Part shown: piece after piece, positions 14,292-46,743 of the stretch | How positions within the stretch are numbered: position 1 is the first letter of the stretch | Layout: each line of letters starts with the position of its first letter | Assembly: GCA_037447605.1 (NCBI GenBank) | Contig: CM074817.1 | Span: forward strand, 930,001-994,000 | From: Zygnema circumcarinatum SAG 698-1b | Lineage: Eukaryota > Plantae > Zygnematophyceae | Length of the DNA stretch: 64,000 bases | Direction: 5' to 3' | Program-made: the position numbers and the translations under genes | Notes under the pieces: generated by a model | Told to the model about the DNA's origin: nothing | Database searches by the model: none | What the model saw: only the letters and a program-made list of their open reading frames with translations

Positions 14292-15663
14292 GAGCTGGAA
14301 TTAAATTCAACCCCTCAGGTCTCCATGTATTGGCTTTCCTTTTGACTCCCACTGAAAATGAATAGGTACCTTTGAATTCCCCCCATGGAACGTCACCACA
14401 ATTACAGCTACAGTTCTTGTCAATGTTTTTGAAGGGCTTTTTGCATACTCCAAAATCCCCCCTCTATCTTGGTGTAGGTATTTGAGAGAGCCATCGTTTT
14501 TGAGTCCGGTTTTTAGTACTTAGTGGATGTTAAGCTGATCTGGGCACGTTAGCCGAAAGTTTTGCCCTCTGTCCGAAATTTTTGGGAAGGGCTCTGTCAA
14601 CTTGAGAGAGTGAATGTATTGGAACGTCCTCTCCTTATGTATGGCAATTATTTGGTCGGTCATCTTCGTCAATATTGGTCATCTTGTCCTATGTTTTGCA
14701 GCAGTTGTTTGCGTTGATGTTGTTTTCTCGCTTCTGTATGGTTGATGTGCAATGAGAAGAATTTAGGATAAAAGCAAAGCAAACCAAAGCATTGTAAAAT
14801 ATAGGCATCAGCAGCCATGTTGTTGTTAGTCATGTCAATGTCGGCAGTCATGTTGTTAGTTTTGTTCGGTTCGTTAGTTGGTATCAACATCATTGGCTAA
14901 AGAAATGTGGTTAGTTATTGGAGAACGCTGCTGGTATTTTTTGGTGTTTCTGTCCTTTGGCCAATTCCTGTGACTACGACAAAAAGTGAATGGGTATGCT
15001 CCACTACATGGAATTCTCGAATTCAAACTTCAATATCAGACTTGAGTCGTTTCACCATGGAATGTCTAAATAAAGTATTTTTATTTCGCTTGTACATCTA
15101 GCTTGTGGGAAAGCGTGTACTGGTTTAATTTGCCAGAAGTGTAGAACTTCAAAAAATCTGAATCCCTTTCTTAGTTGGATGTCTCAGAGAGACCGATAGG
15201 ACAGGAAAGAGAGACAACGGGTTCATTGAAACTCTCATTCTCACCCCCTCTCGTTTTGCTAGTCCAACAAGACCGACAAACCAACAGCGAAGGTTGGTTG
15301 CAGGACATTCATAAACATCTGCAATAGCACAAAGAAATAATATAAAAAACGTCCAAATACATCGCCCAAACAGTATGTAATGTTAAGCCAAGCAGTTTGA
15401 GCCACTATATCATACTAATACCATACCCACACCACAGCAAAACCCTAGCCATAACATACTACACCATCTCCTCCATACCATCCCATCCCCACATCCTGCT
15501 TTCGTACCTTCCCCCCATGTAGAGCAAATCCCCGCTGTGATGTGACCCCCTGCACCAATGCATGGGCTGCCACGCTCCCCCCAAATTCCATACATCAAAG
15601 GCCCCATCCACCAAAAACCTGCATAGCTCGAATTGGGCAATTTCTCCCCGAAGGATGGGCCGC

Positions 15664-29879
<14,216 letters not shown>

Positions 29880-30297
29880 CTGGCGCCTCTCTGAAGCTTG
29901 CACGTGGCGCTTGCTGACCCCCATATCTAGGGTTTGAAGCCCCACCACTCCAGCTACCAGCACTACAACTTCCTCTCTCCCTCTTTCTCACTTTCTCTCT
30001 CCCTCTCTCTCTCCCACCCTCTCCCCCACTCCCTCCCTCACCCCCTACCCCCCACTCTCCCCTTCCCCCTCTCTCACTCCCTCCCTCGCTCCCTCTCCCT
30101 CTCCCTCTCTACCCCACCAGAGTCCCTATTTTAGGGTTGCCCCGCAGGTCGGCGCCGACCCCCACCCGCGCGGCCCACAGCGGTCCGCCGCCTCCCGTAA
30201 CCGGACAAGGACAGCCGCTCGTCAGCACTTTTTGGTGCGCATTCGTGTCGTTTTGTGCTACCGTACGGTACGAACTGTATTCCACTGAATTCTTGTG

Positions 30298-31319
30298 GGA
30301 AAATTCTATTCTCACACCTTTTTTGTCTACACACAGACCTCTTTTCGCTGGGCAGATTTTAAAATAGACAAAAAAGGAGCACACCTTTCACACCTTTTTT
30401 TTTTTCACCTTTTTTTTCACATCTTTTTGGAATCGACACACGCTACTAGTCCTGAGCGGCCGAGCGCCGTGAGACCTTTTTCTGTCGGGCAGATTTTACT
30501 CCTTATCATTTATTTTCAGAGAAAAAAAAATCTGCCTGCTCGAATCCGCTCGGAGCGGAAGATCCGTCCGCCACGAGATCGTTCGCGGGTGGCCGTCCTT
30601 TACACGTGCAATACTTTTCCGCCGTCGATATTTACGCAGATCGTACCAAGGCAGATCACCGTTCGATCAGCAGCCGGGCTCTGTCCCTCGTGTCCCACCC
30701 AAGCCGGCTCCAAGGACCGTACAAAAGGCGTACGCCCGCAGCTTCGAGGAAAGTCAAAAAACGTAATAATTAAAGTTGTGCCTGTACCAATCACAGTTTG
30801 CCACGTTTAAAAAGAGCACGCGGCAGATGATGATTGGTTCAAGCTCGCAATGTAAGGAATTTAGACTTTCCTCGAAGCTGCGACCGTACGAGATGTGTAC
30901 GGACCTCGAGCCTGCTCGGGTGGGACACGTGGGCGTGTGCCATTCGCTGGAACCGAGCCCATCGAACGGTGATCTGCCGTGGTGTGATCTGCTCTAGAAT
31001 CGACGGTGTATAGTTTCTGCACGTGTGAAGGACGGCCACCCGCGAACGATGTCGTGGCGGACGGATCTTCTGCTCCGAGTGGATTCGGGCAGGCCGATAT
31101 TTTTTTCTTTGAAAAAAACAAGAAGGGGTAAAATCTGCCCGATGGAGAAAGGTGTGTATCGATTTCAAAAAGGTGGGAAAAAAAAGGTGAAAAAAAAAAG
31201 GTGAGAAGGTGTGAAAGGTGTGTTCTTTTTTTGTGCTATTTTAAAATCTGCCCGGCGAAAAGAGGCCTGTGTGTAGACAAAAAAGGTGTGAGAATAGAAT
31301 TTTCCGAATAGAATTTTCC
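30298..31319. mobile_element. Non-autonomous foldback DNA transposon (Mutator- or hAT-like) with ~450-bp inverted arms
   Basis: Arm 30298-30755 is the imperfect reverse complement of 30864-31319, with a ~108-bp loop. Termini GGAAAATTCTATTC...GAATAGAATTTTCC. An 8-bp direct repeat TTCTTGTG lies at 30290-30297 and 31320-31327. Confidence 0.8.
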
Positions 31320-31363
31320 TTCTTGTGTCATTCGAAAGTTCCAGGTCCGTACGTTTGTCGGTA

Positions 31364-31958
31364 CAGTGGGGGGTCCTCGTATTTACCACCCCAAGGAGTG
31401 CGTCCTCAATATTTTCGCCCCGATTTTGCCGAAACCACCTTTTTGTACGGTAACTTGTGTTAGCCGTACTATTCGTACTGTTCGTACTAGCCGTACTATT
31501 CGTACTATATGTACTAGCCGTTACAGGCTTCCGCAAAACTCACCTAATCTCCCCGCTCGTGCCGCCGTAAGAGGCGCTCGCCCTTCTCCCCTTCTTCCTG
31601 GCTTCGATACGATACGACACGGAACGATCGGTACGATACTTTACGATACTATGAGATACGATACGAAACACCCCGATATGGTATTGTCCGTACGAGCTGT
31701 ACGAGCTGAGACGAACAACAGAAAGCGGAAAACTACGTCTATGCGTCACGATATGTCACGATACGATACGATGCTAAATGATACAGTACGATACGGTACA
31801 ATATGGTACGATGTGGTACGATACGATACGTACGGTCCAACATGAACTCTAACATAATACCGCCCGTCTATTCGTAACACGAACCTTATATATGCAAATT
31901 TAATATTTTCGCCTCATTTTGCCCGGAACCAGGGTGGAAAATATGTGGACCCCCTACT
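31364..31958. mobile_element. Tc1/mariner-type MITE (copy 2)
   Basis: TA|CAGTGGGGGGTCCTCGTATTTACCACC ... GGTGGAAAATATGTGGACCCCTACTG|TA: imperfect ~27-bp TIRs with a TA duplication. The interior is homologous to 1365-1800. Confidence 0.8.
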
Positions 31959-32830
31959 GTAGTGCTGGAGTGCCCTCGAGCTGGCACTTGCCAGCAGCGG
32001 AGATGTAAGAAACGTCCGGAACACAATGAGCCGTACGGAGGCTCTATGTTTAGTTGCGGGGAGAGCAAGGAACCGAATTGACTTGGGCGTTCCATGTCGT
32101 CCCTAGGGAGGGCTATTAAGGAAAATGCTATTTACACATCTTATTGGCTAGATATACACTTTATTTGCTGATTAGATTTTGTTTTACGGTTTTCATGGTA
32201 TTGGGGGTTTTCTTTGAAAGAAAGGTGTGTATCTAGACAAGAAAAGGTGTGTAAATAGTAATTCCCTAAAATCATGGTCCATTTAAAATCAGAATGGATG
32301 TGGCATTGAGTTGCTCGCCATCCCTCGTCCTGGGAACAGAGAACAGCGTTGCACGGTTCTGTGTTCGCAGTTCGCACATGTGACGGCAGTAAATAGCACC
32401 CCACGAAACGGCGGCCCGTTCTATGTTGTTTGCAGTTTTGAATGCAGGCGATCTATGCTGTTGTATTCGCGTATAAGTTCAATTACAGTTCAGTTTTTTG
32501 TTTTAAGCTATTTAGTCTTTGCAGATGATCAAGATGCAAGTGAAAAAAATTCAAGAATAGTTTCAGAATTCTACTTTATCTTTACTTTTGTTCCTTGAAT
32601 GCTTAAAAAAATTAATGTTGATCTGCTTATGGCGGACATGCTTCTGTAATGCTTGAAATAAGTTTCAATAGTGAGCCCTGTCCTAACCTAATGCTTGATG
32701 ATAATGTCAACATTTGTCTGCCCATAGCCTGAGCAGGGAAGTCCTCAATTTTTTTTTTGAAGTTGGTATGTATGAGCTATACGTTGTAGTCTCTGAAGTA
32801 AAGCTCGAGAGTAAGCTTAATATATGACCG

Positions 32831-37663
<4,833 letters not shown>

Positions 37664-38604
37664 GGCGTCCTCTGCTCTGCTCTGCGGCCGCCGCAAGATG
37701 TCAAATACGCCTGCCTGCTCCTGGAAGGGGAGGCGGGACCGCAGTAATGGCGGACAAAAATCTTCGTGGAAAATCTCACATAGAATCTGAGTGAGGATCT
37801 CCATGTGGATTTTCTAGCGAATCTCACGTTTGTCTCGTCTAGAAGATTCTTGCAGTGCGCATCCTGCAGGGCTGCAAGAATCCAAGATGTTGATTCGCTT
37901 AGGCCGATGATTAGACGTGACGGCACTCGATTGGTTCATGAAACGAGTCTGTGGTGATATCTATCCACTCAGGTCGCCTCTGATTAAATGTTCGTCAGCT
38001 GTACAGATCACCAGCGAAGGCTCCGCTGGTTGCCACTTCTCATCAGTGAGAGCACCACCTCAATTCGAGCACGCCCCACGTGGCGGATGCTGATAGCCCC
38101 ACGCTTGCCAGAAGATCCGCACTAGCGGGCGGGCCGACGGGCAGTTCGCACGACCTAAGGCAATCTTTGTGACTGATGCAGTTTCGCGGCGCCGTGGAAC
38201 TGCGACGGAGTGACATAGAGCGCGCTAGTTGGGACCATGGCATGCGTTGGGGCCATAATTCATGAGAGCCATGCTCGAGAATTTGCACTTTCCAACTTCT
38301 AGGGAGGAGCGCTGCAGGGAAGGATCCAAAGGGAACTACCGAGTAATGTGGAAGATATAGAAGACAATGAGTTGTCCAATAACAATGACCACCAAATACC
38401 AAGATTGAAGTACGTTGACGCAAGAACCGTCCTCATATTCGGAAATTTGTATACGACGCATGTAATTCATGAGAGCATCATGTACATACACTCCTTGAGA
38501 AGACCTCTTCTGATGTGCACCTCATGGCTAGATAATTGCAGGCATTATCCACATCTATGACACCAAGTTCTATCCACGAGATGCACATTAGTGCCCCTTT
38601 CCTA

Positions 38605-39772
38605 CTAATGCTCCACTGCCTTCTTGAAGGCACCGCCAAACACATCGTTCAGTACTGTTGTGCCTTTCATTGCTGCGTACACAATCCTGAGAGCCTGCAC
38701 AACATGCAAAAAAATCCATGGTTAGCCCATTCACCTTCAATCCGCGAAACCCATCTTCATAGCGCGCCATCTAAAGACACCATGTGATGTATCGCACCTT
38801 CACAGTATCCACCTCCACTTCGAGGCTCTCCAAGTTTTCCAACCTTCCCAGCTTGAGTTTGTTCAACAAACCGAACGTCTTAATAGTCGAAGCGGGGAAG
38901 ACCTCCAATTCGTCTGTCACGATGAATGTGACTGTCTCCTTCACAAACCCCTTTACTACCGATTTTGCACTTGCCCCTTGGCTGCTCTCAGAGCTCTGCA
39001 CTATCTGAACAGGAACTGTAAAGTGACCAGACTTGCAGGTTTCGCACTGCACGCCACGACTTGTAGATATGTTATTTCGGCAAGCAGTGTTTTTGTAAGA
39101 GCCGTGGTGAGAATCGTAAGTGTCGCGGCTATTCGAACATCTGTAATACACAGTATCATTGGAAGCCATGTTCTTTATCTGCAGCAACGAGGGCTTGTAA
39201 CTGCAAGGGAGATTTGGAGAAAAGATTTCGGATTTTTCAACATGGAGAAACACTTTTCGCAGCTTCGCAAAGCTGACGTAGAGGTTAGCAATTCCCGCGA
39301 AGGAGCTTCCACTCTCCTCCACCAGCCCATTGTCAATGAGCAACTTCAGTATGGTTGTTTGAGGCAATAGAAGGAGTGAGAATAAAAAGTCAACAAAGTC
39401 CTTCCCTGCCTCCATATACATTACTCTTCCACTGCTCTGCAAAACGAGAAGAAAATCCAAGTCTCGTAAGAAAGACAGCAATCATGCAATAGAGTACCTA
39501 TATGATCTCTTGATGTGTTCCAATTCAGTTTTTGCCTCTCTTTACTTTCGTCTCTCGTCATTTCTTTTATTTTATCGCATGTTATTTCTGATTTTTTGTG
39601 ATGTAAATATTTTAATCTGTGTTTCATTCAGTCCTACCTTCTTGAGTTCCCTCACAAGTCACTCACCGTGTCCTCGCCACCATTCTCTCTGCGAACTCAG
39701 AGTGCAGGTTTGTCTCACCTTGTCTCCAAGAAGCGTTACTCGCATGCTCACATCAGATTCATTGGAAGCCAT
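38605..39772 (-). CDS. DUF674 family protein, copy 1 (260 aa)
   Basis: Exons 39719-39772, 38798-39436, 38605-38694. Motifs EAGKDFVDFLFSLLLLP, NLYxS, Cys-rich insert, GFVKETVTFIVTDELEV. Confidence 0.85.
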
Positions 39773-40600
39773 CGCAGAGGAACTGCTCTTTTCTTTAATT
39801 CAGTTCTGTTACACCTCTTTTCTATTATTGCGTACAAAGACAGGGGACAGCCGGTACAGTATGAGACCTCGGTTCGTCGTTGCCGCGGGTACAGTACTGC
39901 ACACACGTGTGAGTAATCCTATTGGACGTCCGCCTCTGTGCGTCACATGCGCTGTCCCTGTCGCATGCACGTCACGTCACGTCACGTCGCGAAAATGATC
40001 CATCGGCCATCGCCATCCAACATAGTGAGTTGAAAGGTCACACAGTAAATTCTTAAGCTCTGTGAGCAATAGTTCAGTTTGCAGTTATATTCACCAACAT
40101 TTCCAAGGTAATTCCGAAGTCTTCAACTAACTAACTGTGATTGCGGTAGAGGTTTATAACTATCAAGAATGAAGCGAACAAAAAAGTAAAACAATCTTGA
40201 AAAGTTTCTCTTCAGCTTAATATCTATCTAGGGAGCCATACTCGTTTTGGAACAACACGTTCTGCCATAGCGCCGGGGAGGCCTACGACCACCCCAAACA
40301 CAGAGCGCGGTTTCATGGACGGTCGCGCCGTCGTTTGCAACGCTCCGAGTTCCAAGGGCGTGTTCTACCTACGTGGCACCGACATTGCCTTCCACGTTAG
40401 TGATACTGTACTGCAACAGACTCTGTCCAATCGTATTTGTCAAGCGGATCAGATCAGAAGATAAAGATAAGATCAGTCGCTAGGCCACTCTGCCACGCAG
40501 CCATCAACGCGCGGTGACCGTCGGTCAAAGTCACGCAGGTGGCGGCAAAGTACGGTCGTACGGTTGGTGACCGTTGGTGGCCTCGGCGGACGCTGACGCT

Positions 40601-40965
40601 ATCCACGTGACCTATGATTGGCCCACAGCGCACCTTCCACGTGGCGGATGATTACTGGCCCAATATTCAATTCGAAACGCGTCCCACGTTGGATGATGAC
40701 CCACTCAGCACGACCCACGTGACGGATGCTGATTGGCCACAATTCAATTTGAGCACGTTCCACGTGGACAATGCTGATTGGCCAAGCCCCTATTCGATCA
40801 TAGCACACGTGGCGGATGCTGAGTGGCCGGCGCCCCATTCGAGCACATTCCACGTCGAAGGTGCCTATTGGCCCACATCACAATTCAGAACATGCCCCAT
40901 GTGGCGGATAGATTGACTCACGCCCCAATGCGAGCACGTCATACGTGGAGTATGCTGATTGACTC
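40601..40965. repeat. Degenerate ~45-bp minisatellite (~9 units) carrying CACGTG and ATTGG/CCAAT motifs
   Basis: Approximate consensus TTCCACGTGGCGGATGCTGATTGGCC...ATTCGAGCACG. One related unit lies at ~38065-38100. Confidence 0.75.
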
Positions 40966-41470
40966 CCGTCTTGCGAGAAAAAAATCCTTGATAGCGGGTG
41001 CGCAGACGGGCAGTTCGAACGAACTACGACGTTCTTTGTGACGTGTACAGTTTCGCGGCGCCGTGGAACTGCAACTGAAAGACATGGAGCGCGCTCGTTG
41101 GGACCATCCATGCGTTGGGGCCATAGTTCATGCAAGCCAACCTCGAGAATTTGCACTTTCCAAGTTCTAGTAAATAGAGCTGAAGGGAAGGATCCAAAGG
41201 GAAAAACCGAGTAATGAGGACGATATAGAAGCAATGAGTTGTCCATAAGCAGTCATGGCAATAACAATGACCACCAAATACCAAGATTAAAGCAAGTTGA
41301 TGCAAGGACCATCCTTACATTCAGAAAATCTGTATACGACGCATGTCATTCATGGGAGCATCATGTACATACAATTTTTGAGAAAGACCACTCCTGACAT
41401 GCATCACATTGGTAGAGAACTACAAAAACTCTCCACATCTACACTCCAAACACTATCCATGAGATGCACA

Positions 41471-42653
41471 TTACAGCCCCTCTCCTACTAATGCCCCATT
41501 GACTGCATGTTTGAATGCATTTCCAAATACAGCGTTCAGAACTGTCGTGCATCTCATTGCTGCGTACACAATCCTGAGAGCCTGCACAACATGCCAAAAG
41601 ACCATGGTTAGCCCTTTCACCTTCCATCCGCGAAACCCATCACTTGATGGCGCACCATCTAAAGACACCATGTGATGTATCGCACCTTCACAGTATCCAC
41701 CTCCACTTCGAGGCTCTCCAAGTTTTCCAACTTTCCCAGCTTTAGTTTGTTCAACAAACCGAACGTCTTAATAGTCGAAGCGGGGAAGACCTCCAATTCG
41801 TCTGTCACGATGAATGTCACTGTCTCCTTCACAAACCCCTTCACGACCGATTTTGCGCTTGCCCCTTGGCTGCCCTCCGAGCTCTGCACTATCTGAACAG
41901 GAACTGTAAAGTGACCAGACTTGCAGGTTTCGCACTCTGCCCCAAAACTTGTAGAGATGTTATTCTGACAAACAATGTTTCTGTAACTGCGATTGTTAGT
42001 CTCGCTAGACGAACATCTGTAATACACAATATCATTGGAAGCCGTGTTTTTTATCTGCAGCAACAAGGGCTTGTAGCTGTAAGGGAGATTTGGAGACAAG
42101 ATTTCAGATTTTTTCACATGGAGGAACTCTCATTGCAGCTTCGCAATGCTGCCGTAAAGGTTAGCAATTCCCGCAAAGGAATTCCCACCCTCCTCCACCA
42201 GCCCATTTTCAATGAGCAACTTCAGTATGGTTGTTTGAGGCAATAAAAAGAGTGAGAATAGAAAGTCAACAAAGTCCTTGCCGGCCTCCATGTACATGAT
42301 TCGTCCAGTGCTCTGCAGAACGAGATGGAAAGCCAGGTCTCATAAGAAAGACTGCAATAATGCAATGTGAAATGCCTCTATGATCTCCTGGTGTGATCCA
42401 ATTCAGGCTTTACTGCGCTTTACTTCCTTCATTCGTCCTTTCTTTTATTTTATCCCATGTTGTTTCTGATTTTTCGTGATGTGTATATTTTATTTTTTGT
42501 TTCCTTCAGTTCTCTTACCTTCTTAAGTTCCCTCACAAGTCACTCACCGTGCCCTCGCCACCTTTTTCTTTGCGAACTTAAAGTGCAGGTTTGCCTCACC
42601 TTGTCTCCGAGAAGCGTTACTCGCATGCCCACATCAGATTCATTGGAAGCCAT
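41471..42653 (-). pseudogene. DUF674 copy 2 with a premature TGA
   Basis: Exons 42600-42653, 41686-42312, 41471-41581. In-frame TGA at 42132-42130 (AAG CTG CAA TGA vs AAG CTG CGA AAA in copies 1 and 4); otherwise intact. Confidence 0.8.
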
Positions 42654-43734
42654 CGCAGAGGAACTGCTCTTCTTTCTCTTCATTTTATTCGACCGTCTCT
42701 CTCCGCAACTGCCTGGGATGGGTATTTTAAATTTCAAAAACTGCATATAGAGACATCGGCAGCCGGTGTTTAGCCCAGCAAAATCTGTACATGGCTTTGC
42801 ATGGCCGCCGGTAAATATCTCCCGCTCCACGCGGGTGGGACTGAACTGGCGCAAGGCGGAGGGCCAATCGGTGTTTGTCACGTAGGAATCACCGCAGTTG
42901 TGAAGCCACGTGACGCTTCGTAATTGGGTGTAGGCCGGCATGGGTTAGTCCGAAACGGTCACATGCTGCAGTTCGAGACTGCGTTGAACGGAGAGCCGTT
43001 GGGACGCCCCCTGATCAAATTCTGGGAACGCGGGGCTCCATGTGACCACGCCGTACGGACCGTTACACAATGCTGAACAGCGTTGCATGGAACAGGGAGA
43101 GATGGAAGTGGAGGGAAAGGAGAGCGGCAGAAAGGACGAAAGTAGAAAAAAAAAAAAGGGGGAGGAAAAAAAAAATGAATGAAGAATATTGAAGATGGAG
43201 ATAAAATAAAGAGCGAAATTGGCAGGCTTACATATTCAATAAAGGGGGGCTGGCTTAGGCCCCCCACCTAAGATTTTGAAAATTCAACTTTTTTTTAGTT
43301 TATTTTATGTACTTGATGCTGAAAGAGGGCTTAGCCCGCTCCTCAGCAAAAATCTGGAATCTGCCACTGCCTGGAAGGGGAGACATTGAAAAGAATGATC
43401 AGATGAAGAAATGTAAAAAATGCACAGAAAAAGCAGAACTCCATGCAGAGGAGATAAGTGGAAACTTACGCCTGAACAGCACATTACTTCAGACGTAAGC
43501 ACTCCAGGAACTAGGGACACATGCTTGTCGATTCAATTTTTTTCACAGAGCAAAAGAAGAATCCTTCTTGCAAATGGAGGCAGGAAAGTTGTCCTCGATG
43601 TTATCGGCTCCCTCCTTTCACAGCCGCAACCGACAAAAGGTACAAAAGCCACTCCTGCTCTTCATCTCATCTCTGATTGCTGCTTGCAGGACTCTCCACA
43701 TATTAGACTCCAAGTACAATCTGTGAGATGCGCA

Positions 43735-44818
43735 CTAGTGTCCCTCTCTTGCTGACGCTCCATTGACCGTCTTTTTGAAGGCATCGCCAAACACATCGTT
43801 TAGAACCGTTATGCCTTTCATTGTGGAGTGCACAATCTTAAGAGCCTGCACACCATGCAGAAAATCCACGGTCAGCCATTTAAAAAAAAAAAAAAACCAT
43901 CAACTGATAGAGCACTATCTAAAGACACCATGTGATAGATCGCATCGCACCTTCATTGAATCCACCTCCACTTCGAGACTCGCGAAGTTTTCCAACTTTC
44001 CCATCTTGACTTTGTTTTGCAGGCTGAATGTTGTTGTTGTGTTTGGCTGAATGTTTTGATTCCTGATGCAGGGGAGACCTCCAAGTTGTCTGTCACGATG
44101 AATGTGACTTTCTCTTTCACAAAACTCTTCAATATCGATTTTACAATTGGCATTGGCTGCTATCCGAGGTATGCTTTACCCCAACGGGAAGGGTGTACTG
44201 GCCAGCCTTGCAGCTTTCGCACTGTGCCCCAAACCTGGTAGAGATCTCATTTTGGCAAAAGCAATGTTATTGAAAGAGTTGCCCTGCGAACATCTGTAAC
44301 ACAAAGTACCATCGGAAGTCGAGTCAGTGGGCTTGTAGCGGCGGGGGAGATTTGGAGACAATATGTCGAGCTTTTTCACTTGAAGAAATTAGCTTTTCAG
44401 TTTCGCAAAGCTGCCGTAAAGATTAACAGTTCCCGCAAAGGAGCTCCCACCCTCCTCCACCAGCCCATTTTCAATGAGCATCTGCAGTGTTGTTTTTTGA
44501 GGCAATAGAAGGAGTGAGAATAGAAATTTTACAAATTCCGTCCCCGTCTTTTTTTATCTCTTGGTGCAATCCAATTCAGTTTTTACTTCGCTTGGCCTTC
44601 TTCTCTCGTCCTATCTTTCACTCCATCCGTCATCCCATGCTCCTTCTCATATTTTGTGATCTGTATAGTTTATGCCTTCCTTTCCTCCTACCTTCTTAAG
44701 TTCCCTCACAAGTCACTCACAGTGTGATCGCCATCTTTCTTTTTGCGAACATAAAGTGCAGTTTTGCCCCACCTTCTCCCCCAAAAGCGCCACGTGCATA
44801 AGATTGATTGGAAGCCAT
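43735..44818 (-). pseudogene. DUF674 copy 3, degraded
   Basis: Frameshift in exon 1 (ATG at 44818 is out of frame with HVALLGEK), loss of the exon-2 acceptor region, an in-frame TAA and further indels. Confidence 0.8.
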
Positions 44819-45589
44819 GGTAGAGGAACTGTCCTTCTGTATCTCCTTCTATTCGACCGACTCTCTACCCTCTCATTCGCACTACCACGTGTTATTCGAG
44901 CCTCCAAGTCTCATTAAAAATCAAGACAAAGCGAGGACAAGCTGTCACACAACAAGCCCTATGGCGGACCATCGCTCTCAACACAGCAGGCGCCGCAAGC
45001 TCAGAGCAGACTTTGAAAGGGAAAACAACGAAAGCAAGAACACACATTCCAATTTTGGGAAAGCCAACTTCTCAAAGCCATTCCATTTTTAGCCCTTCAA
45101 AGAAACCATGAGCGAGAGCAGCTCCTGATTTTTCTCTCCAATGTCCTCTTTCTTCAATTTCCTTCCTCTGCTTCGTTTCCTGAGAGTTGTCGATCAGAAA
45201 ATGCACTAAGAATTGAAGCTAAGGACAGATTAGGCACTTAAAGCACTCAAAGTGCTTGCCATAAAAGAGAAAAACGAATAAAACATGAAGAGGAATGATT
45301 TTTCCTGGTGATAGATCGAGCACAACAGTATAGAAGTTTTCATTGGAAGACATGGCGAGGCAGTCACTACCACATAGCAAGATTCCATTGCTTTGATGCA
45401 AGGAGCGTCCTTCAAATTCAAAAACTCTGGATACGACGCATGTCATTTCATGGGAGCATCATGTAGATACACTTCCTAGATAGACCGCTTTGACGTTGTT
45501 CAGACCATTCCTGCTCCGAATCTCATGACTTCATGCTTGCAAGAACTTCCACACATATGAGACTCCAAGTATTGTCTATGAGGTTCACA

Positions 45590-46743
45590 TTAGCGCCACT
45601 TTGATGATGATGCTCCATTGACTGCCATTTTGAAGGCATCGCCAAACACGTCGTTCAGTACCGTCGTGCATCTCATTGCAGAGTGCACAATCTCGAGAGC
45701 CTGCACGACATGCAGAAAGTCCATGGTTAGCCCTATCACCTTCAATCCGCGAAATGAATCACTTGATGGCGCACCATCTAAAGACACAATGTGATATATA
45801 TCACCTTCACAGTATCCACCTTCACTTCGAGGCCCTCCAAGTTTTCCAACCTTCCCAGCTTGAGTTTGTTTAATAGGCCGAACGTCTTGATTGTAGATGC
45901 AGGAAAAACCTCCAATTCGTCTGTCACGATGAATGTGACTGTCTCCTTCACAAACCCCTTTACGACCGATTTTGCACTTGCCCCTTGGCTGCCCTCCGAG
46001 CTCTGCACTATTTGAAGGGGAACTGTAAACTGGCCAGCCTTGCAGGTTTCGCATTGTTTCCCATGACTTGTAGAGATGTTATTAAGGCAAACAGTGCTGT
46101 AAGTTTGGCCATACGAACATCTGTAATACACAGTATCGTTGGAAGCCGTGTTTTTTATCTGCAGGAACGAGGGCTTGTAACTGCAAGGGAGATTTGGAAA
46201 CAAGATTTCAGATTTTTCAACATGGAGAAACTCTTTTCGCAGCTTCGCAAAGCTGCCGTAAAGGTTAACAATTCCCGCGAAGGAACTCCCACGCTCCTCC
46301 ACAAGCCCATTGTCAATGAGTAACTTCAGTATGGTTGTTTGAGGCAATAGAAGGAGTGAGAATAGAAAGTCAACAAAATCTTTCCCCGCCTCCATGTACA
46401 ATACTCTCCCTGTGCTCTGCAGAACGAGAAGGAAAGCCACGTCTCATAAGAAAGACTGCAATCATGCAATCAAATACGTATATGATCTCTTGATGTGATC
46501 CATTTCAGTTTTTGCTTTTCTTTACTTCCTTCATTCGTCCTTTCTTTTATTTTATCCCGTATTTTTTTCTGATTTTTTGTGATGTGTATATTTTAATCTG
46601 AGTTTCCTTCAGTCCTCCGACCTTCTTAAGATCCCTCACAAGTCACTCACCGTGTCCTCGCCACCTTTCTCTTTGCAGGTTTGCCTCACCTTGTCTCCGA
46701 GAAGGGTCACGTGCATCCCCACATCAGAGCGATTGGAAGCCAT
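45590..46743 (-). CDS. DUF674 family protein, copy 4 (258 aa)
   Basis: Exons 46690-46743, 45805-46416, 45590-45700; open throughout, with the same motifs as copy 1. Confidence 0.85.

Noticed and set aside
29880-32830. Read-through fusion of the LRX-like gene into the protease-LysM gene
   Set aside because: The downstream gene has its own signal-peptide exon, the upstream Pro-rich exon reaches a stop at 32831, and I found no phase-compatible donor. Not formally excluded without cDNA.
40601-40965. Repeat-spacer-like pattern suggesting a CRISPR array
   Set aside because: The units are degenerate along their whole length and the apparent spacers are homologous to each other, so this is a minisatellite.
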